From: Eledone cirrhosa
Lineage: Eukaryota
Direction of reading: 5' to 3'
Length of the DNA stretch: 64,000 nucleotides
NCBI GenBank assembly: GCA_964016885.1
Contig: OZ024741.1
Location: 21,700,001-21,764,000 of the forward strand
Part shown: positions 22,587 through 33,100 of the stretch, one piece after another
Layout: the number at the start of each line of letters is the position of its first letter
Numbering within the stretch: position 1 is the stretch's first letter
Translations under genes and position numbers: made by a program
The notes under the pieces: generated by a model
What the model was told of the DNA's origin: nothing
Databases searched by the model: none
What the model saw: the letters and a program-made list of their open reading frames with translations, nothing else

Positions 22587-22811
22587 AAAGTAGAAGAGAG
22601 ATATGTTATAGTAGCTGTGAGTCACAATTGAAACTGATACTCGGAGTAACGTGCATGGAATGTTCATTAGTTTATAGAAATTAAACTGAGTTTTATGTTT
22701 GTCTGAGTAAGACAGTGTCCCACAAACTGTTTAGATTTATATAACTTAATATTTCAAGCAGACGAACTGAATGAAAAAGCAATGTGATATATTTATATAT
22801 ATTTATACACA

Positions 22812-22851
<40 letters not shown>

Positions 22852-23114
22852 CTATACCTTTCATTTATGTATATATATTGATTTTACATTCATTTAAATT
22901 ATTGATGTATTGTTTTATTGATATTTTTTATCTGTTTGTCCCGAATCTTCTATTATCGATTTTTTATCGTATGGTTGATTGTAGACTTGTTCTATATGTG
23001 ACGGTATTTTAACGATAGTTATAGCTCTGATTCATCTGAATTATTGAGCCCTCTGCCGCTCATTTCGAATTTTGTTTATCGTGAACTCGTGCGCCGATTT
23101 TTCGATACTCGATC

Positions 23115-23152
<38 letters not shown>

Positions 23153-23158
<6 letters not shown>

Positions 23159-23784
23159 CGTAAAATAAGAAAATATCTTTTAAAAAAAATGTTTAAAAAA
23201 TTTTTTACTTACTTAAATTTTCACTCCAACTAATTAGTTTCTGCAATGGGATAAAGACAGTTACGTAATCCAACTGTCGAGAATTCATTGCGTCATCAGG
23301 GAGTCTATTCTCAGTTAAGTCTCCAGGCAATGCGCGGACATTGGCGGCTCATATAAAAATAATAATAATTCGGTAGATCGAACAGCTTGCGAGGACTGGA
23401 TTCTATGTACCGAAATTCTCACTGCTTCAAGTCAAATGGCCGATTCTAAAGAATCAATCACGTGACACAGAGGCTAGTTAGAAGGAATGGGATGGTAAGA
23501 TGACTGACGCCTACTAACACCCCAAAAAAAATTTTTTTAGAAGTGGTTTTGGCAAGTTTGCTCAACAAATCAGTGATTTGGAGATAAATATAGATAATTT
23601 AATATATCAACTAACATAAGCGCACAGATGCACGCCCATGCTAGCAAATACACAGGTTATGTCATAGTACCTAGGTGGTTCAATGCAGGAGAATGCAGAA
23701 CAATAATATAAAAGACGTAAAATAAGAAAATATCTTTAAAAAAAAAAAATTTTTTTTAAATTTTTTACTTACTTAAATTTTCAC
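23153..23784 (-). mobile_element. ORF-less retrozyme/Penelope-like unit: 560-nt monomer plus ~72-bp terminal redundancy, inserted in (TA)n
   Basis: Direct repeats 23153-23224 and 23710-23784, (TA)n on both flanks, and a hammerhead at 23223-23304 abutting the repeat. Confidence 0.8.
23223..23304 (-). ncRNA. Type I hammerhead ribozyme with extended stem II
   Basis: acucc CUGAUGA c-gcaaug-[gacaguu/aacuguc hairpin]-cauugc-a GAA acuaauuagu U ggagu. Stem I 5 bp, palindromic stem III. Confidence 0.88.
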
Positions 23785-23983
23785 ATATATATATATATAT
23801 TTAATACATTAACTGAGAAAGCTTTAAGCGATACTCTGACCAACTCCATCTCACTCAACAAACATTAGGATATACCTAAGTATAATCACAATTTAGTGTT
23901 TGAGGTGCTAACTATACAGTATTCCATGGATAGCTGGTTGTATTATTTTATATGAGACATAATTAAATAAATCTCTCTTTCCT

Positions 23984-24106
23984 TCCATACGATCGTTTCG
24001 TTATAAGATTTCTACAAGTTGGGATAAATAATGTCCAGGTTATGTAGAAACTTGTATATAATCCATAGGTATACACACAAGCGGGCTCTTATATCTCATC
24101 AGTGGA
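23984..24106 (-). ncRNA. Type I hammerhead ribozyme with branched stem II
   Basis: ucca CUGAUGA ga-uauaaga-[two hairpins including uuucuaca/uguagaaa]-ucuuaua-ac GAA acgaucgu A ugga. Confidence 0.88.
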
Positions 24107-24582
24107 TGCCCATGCAATATCGATATAAAAAACTACATCGATATTAATAATTAGTGACACTAGATCTATCAACTCATAATATTATAATATTATGAAATTA
24201 AATCAAATTATTTAGAACTACAAGTGAAGTCATACTTTTCCTTGTTTTCAAATATACTTAACTGTACCAAGGATCTCACACATTTTCCAATATTGAGCAA
24301 GACACTTTATTTCACATTGCTCCAGTTTACTCAGCTGTAGAAATGAGGTGATAGGACTGGGGACCCTATCATTAAATTACCCAAGACACCTCCAACGAGA
24401 TATACCTTGGAGGAGGCCAGCAAAACTTGCATAGGTGTGAGCTGTCACACACACACACATGCATTTGATCGCTTTTCTTGTTCACTCTGGACGAAAATAT
24501 ATTAAATTTTCACACTTTGTGACTGCCTCAAACAAATCGATTGGTATCTGCTATATTGTGGATAGAACTTCGATATGTACCT

Positions 24583-24787
24583 TAGCAGTATCGGTAGAGG
24601 GTTGGACGCCATGCTTTGATGCCTAAAGTTACGGCCCTTGCCATTCTGAGTTCAAATCTCACCGAGGTAAACTTTGCCTTTCATCCTTATGGGGTCGATA
24701 AAATAAAGTACCAGTAATGCACTGGGGTTGATATAATCGACTTTCCCTTTCCTCCCAAAATTGTTGGCCTTGTACAGAAATCATTAT
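24583..24787 (+). mobile_element. tRNA-derived SINE (longer 3' variant)
   Basis: tagcagtatcggtagagggttggacgccatg...ctgagttcaaatctc...gtaccagtaatgcactggggttgatataatcgac...ggccttgtacagaaatcatta. Confidence 0.9.
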
Positions 24788-24789
24788 AT

Positions 24790-24843
<54 letters not shown>

Positions 24844-24928
24844 ATGCTTGGGGAGGGTCATATTGTTGTAATATTGCCAGAAATAATAACAGAACACACT
24901 GTTTGGTTGGTTTTCGCTTCTGTGTCTT

Positions 24929-24955
<27 letters not shown>

Positions 24956-24959
<4 letters not shown>

Positions 24960-25100
24960 AGGTAAACAGAAATAACAACACAATCGGTACAGTATATGGA
25001 AGGAATATATTAGGTTAACGCTTGATATAGCAGGAAGAGTGTCTTAATGTTTCGGACGCTAGTCCTTCATCAGAATAAATAATGAGAAATAAGATAGAAT
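24956..25100 (-). mobile_element. Third copy of the 3353-3878 terminal repeat, with a hammerhead at 25042-25077
   Basis: uu CUGAUGA a ggac-uagc-gucc GAA acau u aaga. The tail is homologous to 3645-3730 and ends at (TA)n. Confidence 0.78.
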
Positions 25101-25744
25101 GAAGGGACAGGCGGGTTGGAATAGGAACAAATGTCTTTAGATAAAAGTTGAACAAATCGGCTGTGATACGATTCTAAGATGAATGGGCTCAGTCACGTAT
25201 AAAATGCTCAAGATACTTCAGGACAACAATCTTAGAACTACATCAGGAGTTACGGGCCCTGTTATCTTTTACTTACGTACGTTATTTATCATCGACTTAT
25301 TTAGAAATGTTACACATCTTAGCTGCTGCCTTTACAATTACCATAGAATTGAGAGAGAAGAGATAGTTGTATAACTCGTGGCAGTAAATAACAAGCAAGT
25401 AACAAGCCACACGTAACAAGCATCATATTTCACCTAGATTCCTTCAGATACAATATTTTAAATGTTCATCCTACGCGTTACATACAGCCCAATAAACAGG
25501 TACGTTAAGCATTATTCTAAGGTAGCTAGCTACTGTGACCAAAACTAGGTGTGATAGTGTGAGAAGGCGGTGAACGTGCAAGGAAGAAACGTATAAACAA
25601 TTGCCCCAACCGACCATTAGAAAAGCGTTGTTTTATGACTCTAAATATAGAGAGGTCATCGTCATTGTTGATGTTATTCTTTGACCTCAGGTCAGTCATG
25701 ACTAAAGGCAGGCGTGCCAGCCGTGAACAATTTGTGTACACACA

Positions 25745-25784
<40 letters not shown>

Positions 25785-25828
25785 CAATGAAATAAAAACA
25801 AAGAACAAGTTCCTTATATTAAAAAAAT

Positions 25829-25958
25829 TCATTTTACGATCGTTTCTGGGATGTATATGTGTGTTGGTATGTATATCATATAGATCTATGTAAAAATATT
25901 ACAAATTATCAGACGAAATATACATACCTACACATATACATGCCGTCCTCAGAAATGA
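25829..25958 (-). ncRNA. Type I hammerhead ribozyme with very long stem II
   Basis: ucauuu CUGAGGA cggc-auguauaugugu-a-gguauguauau...auauacauacc-aac-acacauauacau-ccca GAA acgaucgu A aaauga. Stem I 6 bp. Confidence 0.88.
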
Positions 25959-26190
25959 TGAGATGTGTTTATTGAAAACAACCAACAATGATTTAATATA
26001 AAAGGTCTGTTTGGGAACAGGTTTTGAATTGACCAATAGAAAAGTAGTTAGAGGTTAAGTTGATAGAATAGCAGTAGTAGAAATTTAATTTAGGGGTAGA
26101 GGAGTGCAGACTTATGTTTTGAATGAAAAGAATACTTTGGGGGTGAAAGGAGGTCAAGCCAAGAAGATAGTGAAGGGTACACGGAAATTT

Positions 26191-26523
26191 GATGTTATTA
26201 AAGAATAATGTTAAAAATAAAGGAAATAAAAAGTTAGGGTAAGGATATTAGTGAGAAATACCAATCTTATTTAAACCACAAGGAATCTAGATCTATAACA
26301 AGAAATTAAATTATTTGATAGGTATACTTATAGGGATAAAGTTATATTAATTCATATGAATGTGATAAATAAGAATTAGATGTTATTAAAGAATGTTGTT
26401 AAAAACGAAGAAAAGTAAAATTTTGGGATAAGGGTAGTAGTGAGAAATACCAATCTTATTTAAACTACAAGGAATCTAGATTCATAACAGGAAATTAAAT
26501 TAATTTATAGGTATACTTATAGG
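26191..26523. repeat. Diverged direct duplication (~145 bp, 188-bp spacing)
   Basis: gatgttattaaagaat...tagtgagaaataccaatcttatttaaa...ataggtatacttatagg at 26191-26334 and 26379-26523. Confidence 0.85.
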
Positions 26524-26786
26524 TATTAATTTTAGGAAAAGAGAGCTGTAAGAGGGAAATCAAATTATGAAGTTCTCTGTAGTAAAATACTAATTATAGG
26601 TTAACTAAATAAAAAAAAACAATTATGATAATTTGTAAAATATAAGAGTAAGGTGTATATTAATTAGGTTTATAATATTTGAAGGTTCTTCTAATTCTAT
26701 GATTGCAAGATATAATTAATTCCGTATATTTGGTAGATTTATCTACATATATATATACACACACGCACACAGAAACAGACACACAC

Positions 26787-27029
26787 CAGGAATGGCTGAA
26801 AAGTTCGTATGTTGACCAAGATACTCTCATGGAGTGATCAAATGAGGTTTATTTTTCGACATAGTTCCTGGTGCCCCCCCCCCCCCAAAAAAAACCACAA
26901 AAAAGAAACAACAACAACAACAAACAATGCAGTTATTAATAAAAAGAATGGAAGTTAATGCATGCACGATTTCAGAGCCCTAGCATAACTCCGTCATAGT
27001 CAGCCTATACAATTCTCAGCCAACCCTCG
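26787..27029. mobile_element. Tc1/mariner-type MITE (same family as 727-896)
   Basis: TIRs aggaatggctgaaaagttcgtatgttgac / gtcagcctatacaattctcagccaaccctcg, followed by TA. Confidence 0.75.
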
Positions 27030-27067
27030 TATATATTTTCTTACCGGATATAGGTATGAAAGTTAGA

Positions 27068-27163
27068 AGGCAGTGAATTATAAGAGACGTTAGAAGGTTG
27101 GATATAATGTCTCCTAGTATTAGTTCTGGTTCTCTGCTCTCTCAGTTCCAATACCACCGAGAG
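27068..27163 (+). mobile_element. Decayed SINE head leading directly into the 58-bp satellite
   Basis: GGCAGTGAATTATAAGAGACGTTAGAAGGTTGGATATAATG is colinear with the SINE head GGCGGTGAATTGGCAGTATCGGTAGAGGGTTGGACGCCATG, and the first satellite unit continues the alignment. Confidence 0.75.
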
Positions 27164-30100
27164 AATGTCTCCTAGTATTAGTTCTGGTTCTCTGCTCTCT
27201 CAGTTCCAATACCACCGAGAGAATGTCTCCTAGTATTAGTTCTGGTTCTCTGCTCTCTCAGTTCCAATCCGACCGAGAGAATGTCTCCTAGTATTAGTTC
27301 TGGTTCTCTGCTCTCTCAGTTCCAATCCGACCGAGAGAATGTCTCCTAGTATTAGTTCTGGTTCTCTGCTCTCTCAGTTCCAATACCACCGAGAGAATGT
27401 CTCCTAGTATTAGTTCTGGTTCTCTGCTTTCTCAGTTCCAATCCCACCGAGAGATTGTCTCCTAGTATTAGTTCTGGTTCTCTGCTCTCTCAGTTCCAAT
27501 ACCACCGAGAGAATGTCTCCTAGTATTAGTTCTGGTTCTCTGCTCTCTCAGTTCCACTACCACCGAGAGAATGTCTCCTAGTATTAGTTCTGGTTCTCTG
27601 CTTTCTCAGTTCCAATCCCACCGAGAGATTGTCTCTTAGTATTAGTTCTGGTTCTCTGCTCTCTCAGTTCCAATCCGACCGAGAGAATGTCTCCTAATAT
27701 TAGTTCTGGTTCTCTGCTTTCTCAGTTCCAATCCCACCGAGAGATTGTCTCCTAGTATTAGTTCTAGTTCTCTGCTCTCTCAGTTCCAATCCCACCGAGA
27801 GATTGTCTCCTAGTATTAGTTCTGGTTCTCCATTTTCTCAGTTCCAATCCCACCGAGAGATTGTCTACTAGTATTAGTTCTGGTTCTCCGCTTTCTCAGT
27901 TCCAATCCCACCGAGAGATTGTCTACTAGTATTAGTTCTGGTTCTCTGCTTTCTCAGTACAAATCCCACCGAGAGATTGTCTTCTAGTATTAGTTCTGGT
28001 TCTCTGCATTCTCAGTTCCAATCCCACCGAGAGATTGTATTCTAGTATTAATTCTGGTTCTCTGCTTTCTCAGTTCCAATCCACCGAGAGATTGTCTACT
28101 AGTATTAGTTCTGGTTCTCTGCTTTCTCAGTTCCAATCCCACCGAGAGAATGTCTTCTAGTATTAGTTCTGGTTCTCTGCTCTCTCAGTTCAAATCCCTC
28201 CGAGAGAATGTCTCCTAGTATTAGTTCTGGTTCTCTGCTCTCTCAGTTCAAATCCCACCGAGAGAATGTCTCCTAGTATTAGTTCTGGTTCCCTGCTCTC
28301 TCAGTTCCAATCCCACCGAGAGATTGTCTCCTAGTATTAGATCTGGTTCTATGCTCTCTCAGTTTCAATCCCACCGAGAGATTGTCTCCTAGTATTAGTT
28401 CTGGTTCTCTGCTCTCTCAGTTCCAATCCCACCGAGAGAATGTCTCCTAGTATTAGTTCTGGTTCTCTGCTCTCTCAGTTCCAATCCCACCGAGAGAATG
28501 TCTCCTAGTATTAGTTCTGGTTCTCTGCTCTCTCAGTTCCAATCCCACCGAGAGAATGTCTCCTAGTATTAGTTCTGGTTCTCTGCTTTCTCAGTTCCAA
28601 TCCCACAGAGAGAATGTCTCCTAGTATTAGTTCTGGTTCTCTGCTTTCTCAGTTCCAATCCCACCGAGAGAATGTCTCCTAGTATTAGTTCTGGTTCTCT
28701 GCTTTCTCAGTTCCAATCCCACCGAGAGAATGTCTCCTAGTATTAGTTCTGGTTCTCTGCTTTCTCAGTTCCAATCCCACCGAGAGAATGTCTCCTAGTA
28801 TTAGTTCTGGTTCTCTGCTTTCTCAGTTCCAATCCCACCGAGAGAATGTCTCCTAGTATTAGTTCTGGTTCTCTGCTTTCTCAGTTCCAATCCCACCGAG
28901 AGAATGTCTCCTAGTATTAGTTCTGGTTCTCTGCTCTCTCAGTTCCAATCCCACTGAGAGATTGTCTCCTAGTATTAGTTCTGGTTCTCTGCTTTCTCAG
29001 TTCCAATCCCACCGAGAGAATGTCTCCTAGTATTAGTTCTGGTTCTCTGCTCTCTCAGTTCCAATCCCACCAAGAGAATGTCTCCTAGTATTAGTTCTGG
29101 TTCTCTGCTCTCTCAGTTCCAATCCCACTGAGAGATTATCTCCTAGTATTAGTTCTGGTTCTCTGCTTTCTCAGTTCCAATCCCACCGAGAGAATGTCTC
29201 CTAGTATTAGTTCTGGTTCTCTGCTCTCTCAGTTCCAATCCCACCGAGAGAATGTCTCCTAGTATTAGTTCTGGTTCTCTGCTCTCTCAGTTCCAATCCC
29301 ACTGAGAGATTGTCTCCTAGTATTAGTTCTGCTTCTCTGCTTTCTCAGTTCCAATCCCACCGAGAAAATGTCTCCTAGTATTAGGTCTGGTTCTCTGCTT
29401 TCTCAGTTCCAATCCCACCGAGAGAATGTCTCCTAGTATTAGTTCTGGTTCTCTGCTCTCTCAGTTCCAATCCCACCGAGAGATTGTCTCCTAGTATTAG
29501 TTCTGGTTCTCTGCTCTCTCAGTTCCAATCCCACAGAGAGAATGTCTCCTAGTATTAGTTCTGGTTCTCTGCTTTCTCAGTTCCAATCCCACCAAGAGAT
29601 TGTCTCCTAGTATTAGTTCTGGTTCTCTGCTCTCTCAGTTCCAATCCCACAGAGAGAATGTCTCCTAGTATTAGGTCTGGTTCTCTGCTTTCTCAGTTCC
29701 AATCCCACCAAGAGATTGTCTCCTAGTATTAGTTCTGGTTCTCTGCTCTCTCAGTTCAATCCCACCAAGAGATTGTCTCCTAGTATTAGTTCTGGTTCTC
29801 TGCTTTCTCAGTTCAAATCCCACCAAGAGATTGTCTCCTAGTATTAGTTCTGGTTCTCTGCTCTCTCAGTTCCAATCCCACAGAGAGAATGTCTCCTAGT
29901 ATTAGTTCTGGTTCTCTGCTTTCTCAGTTCCAATCCCACCAAGAGATTGTCTCCTAGTATTAGTTCTGGTTCTCTGCTCTCTCAGTTCAAATACCACCGA
30001 GAGAATGTCTCCTAGTATTAGTTCTGGTTCTCTGCTTTCTCAGTTCCAATCCCACCAAGAGATTGTCTCCTAGTATTAGTTCTGGTTCTCTGCTTTCTCA

Positions 30101-33100
30101 GTTCAAATCCCACCGAGAGAATGTCTCCTAGTATTAGTTCTGGTTCTCTGCTCTCTCAGTTCCAATCCCACCGAGAGAATGTCTCCTAGTATTAGTTCTG
30201 GTTCTCTGCTTTCTCAGTTCCAATCCCACCGAGAGAATGTCTTCTAGTATTAGTTCTGGTTCTCTGCTTTGTCAGTTCAAATCCCACCAAGAGATTGTCT
30301 CCTGGTATTAGTTCTGTTACTCTGCTTTCTCAGTTCCAATCCCACCGAGAGAATGTCTCCTAATATTAGTTCTGGTTCTTTGCTTTCTCAGCTCCAATCC
30401 CACCGAGAGAATGTCTCCTAGTATTAGTTCTGGTTCTCTGCTCTCTCAGTTCCAATCCCACCGAGAGAATGTCTCCTAGTATTAGTTCTGGTTCTCTGCT
30501 CTGTCAGTTCCAATCCCACCGAGAGAATGTCTCCTAGTATTAGTTCTGGTTCTCTGCTCTCTCAGTTCCAATCCCACCGAGAGAATGTCTCCTAGTATTA
30601 GTTCTGGTTCTCTGCTCTCTCAGTTCCAATCCCACCGAGAGAATGTCTCCTAGTATTAGTTCTGGTTCTCTGCTTTCTCAGTTCCAATCCCACCGAGAGA
30701 ATGTCTCCTAGTATTAGTTCTGGTTCTCTGCTCTCTCAGTTCCAATCCCACCGAGAGAATGTCTCCTAGTATTAGTTCTGGTTCTCTGCTTTCTCAGTTC
30801 CAATCCCACCGAGAGAATGTCTCCTAGTATTAGTTCTGGTTCTCTGCTCTCTCAGTTCCAATCCCACCGAGAGAATGTCTCCTAGTATTAGTTCTGGTTC
30901 TCTGCTCTCTCAGTTCCAATCCCACCGAGAGATTGTCTCCTGGTATTAGTTCTGGTTCTCTGCTTTCTCAGTTCAAATCCCACCGAGAGAATGTCTCCTA
31001 GTATTAGTTCTGGTTCTCTGCTCTCTCAGTTCCAATCCCACCGAGAGATTGTCTCCTAGTATTAGTTCTGGTTCTCTGCTTTCTCAGTTCAAATCCCACC
31101 AAGAGATTGTCTCCTAGTATTAGTTCTGGTTCTCTGCTCTCTCAGTTCCAATCCCACCGAGAGATTGTCTCCTGGTATTAGTTCTGGTTCTCTGCTCTCT
31201 CAGTTCCAATCCCACCGAGAGAATGTCTCCTAGTATTAGTTCTGGTTCTCTGCTCTCTCAGTTCCAATCCCACCGAGAGATTGTCTCCTAGTATTAGTTC
31301 TGGTTCTCTGCTCTCTCAGTTCCAATCCCACCGAGAGATTGTCTCCTAGTATTAGTTCTGGTTCTCTGCTTTCTCAGTTCAAATCCCACCAAGAGATTGT
31401 CTCCTAGTATTAGTTCTGGTTCTCTGCTTTCTCAGTTCAAATCCCACCGAGAGAATGTCTCCTAGTATTAGTTCTGGTTCTCTGCCTTTTCAGTTCCAAT
31501 CCCACCGAGAGATTGTCTCCTAGTATTAGTTCTGGTTCTCTGCTCTCTCAGTTCCAATCCCACCAAGAGATTGTCTCCTAGTATTAGTTCTGGTTCTCTG
31601 CTCTCTCAGTTCCAATCCCACCAAGAGATTGTCTCCTAGTATTAGTTCTGGTTCTCTGCTTTCTCAGTTCCAATCCCACCAAGAGATTGTCTCCTAGTAT
31701 TAGTTCTGGTTCTCTGCCTTTTCAGTTCCAATCCCACCGAGAGATTGTCTCCTAGTATTAGTTCTGGTTCTCTGCTCTCTCAGTTCCAATCCCACCGAGA
31801 GAATGTCTCCTAGTATTAGTTCTGGTTCTCTGCTTTCTCAGTTCCAATCCCACCAAGAGATTGTCTCCTAGTATTAGTTCTGGTTCTCTGCTTTCTCAGT
31901 TCAAATACCACCGAGAGAATGTCTCCTAGTATTAGTTCTGGTTCTCTGCTTTCTCAGTTCCAATCCCACCAAGAGATTGTCTCCTAGTATTAGTTCTGGT
32001 TCTCTGCTTTCTCAGTTCAAATCCCACCGAGAGAATGTCTCCTAGTATTAGTTCTGGTTCTCTGCTCTCTCAGTTCCAATCCCACCGAGAGAATGTCTCC
32101 TAGTATTAGTTCTGGTTCTCTGCTTTCTCAGTTCCAATCCCACCGAGAGAATGTCTTCTAGTATTAGTTCTGGTTCTCTGCTTTGTCAGTTCAAATCCCA
32201 CCGAGAGATTGTCTCCTGGTATTAGTTCTGTTACTCTGCTTTCTCAGTTCCAATCCCACCGAGAGAATGTCTCCTAATATTAGTTCTGGTTCTTTGCTTT
32301 CTCAGCTCCAATCCCACCGAGAGAATGTCTCCTAGTATTAGTTCTGGTTCTGTGCTCTCTCAGTTCCAATCCCACCGAGAGAATGTCTCCTAGTATTAGT
32401 TCTGGTTCTCTGCTCTCTCAGTTCCAATCCCACCGAGAGAATGTCTCCTAGTATTAGTTCTGATTCTCTGCTTTCTCAGTTCCAATCCCACCGAGAGAAT
32501 GTCTCCTAGTATTAGTTCTGGTTCTCTGCTCTCTCAGTTCCAATCCCACCGAGAGAATGTCTCCTAGTATTAGTTCTGGTTCTCTGCTCTCTCAGTTCCA
32601 ATCCCACCGAGAGAATGTCTCCTAGTATTAGTTCTGGTTCTCTGCTCTCTCAGTTCCAATCCCACCGAGAGAATGTCTCCTAGTATTAGTTCTGGTTCTC
32701 TGCTCTCTCAGTTCCAATCCCACCGAGAGAATGTCTCCTAGTATTAGTTCTGGTTCTCTGCTCTCTCAGTTCCAATCCCACCGAGAGAATGTCTCCTAGT
32801 ATTAGTTCTGGTTCTCTGCTTTCTCAGTTCCAATCCCACCGAGAGAATGTCTCCTAGTATTAGTTCTGGTTCTCTGCTCTCTCAGTTCCAATCCCACCGA
32901 GAGAATGTCTCCTAGTATTAGTTCTGGTTCTCTGCTTTCTCAGTTCCAATCCCACCGAGAGAATGTCTCCTAGTATTAGTTCTGGTTCTCTGCTCTCTCA
33001 GTTCCAATCCCACCGAGAGAATGTCTCCTAGTATTAGTTCTGGTTCTCTGCTCTCTCAGTTCCAATCCCACCGAGAGAATGTCTCCTAGTATTAGTTCTG

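Noticed and set aside
20884-22684. Gly/Ser/Cys-rich (loricrin-like), poly-Val or poly-Pro protein
   Set aside because: Compound trinucleotide microsatellite that is open in several frames, changes frame internally, and has no non-repetitive coding context or splice evidence.
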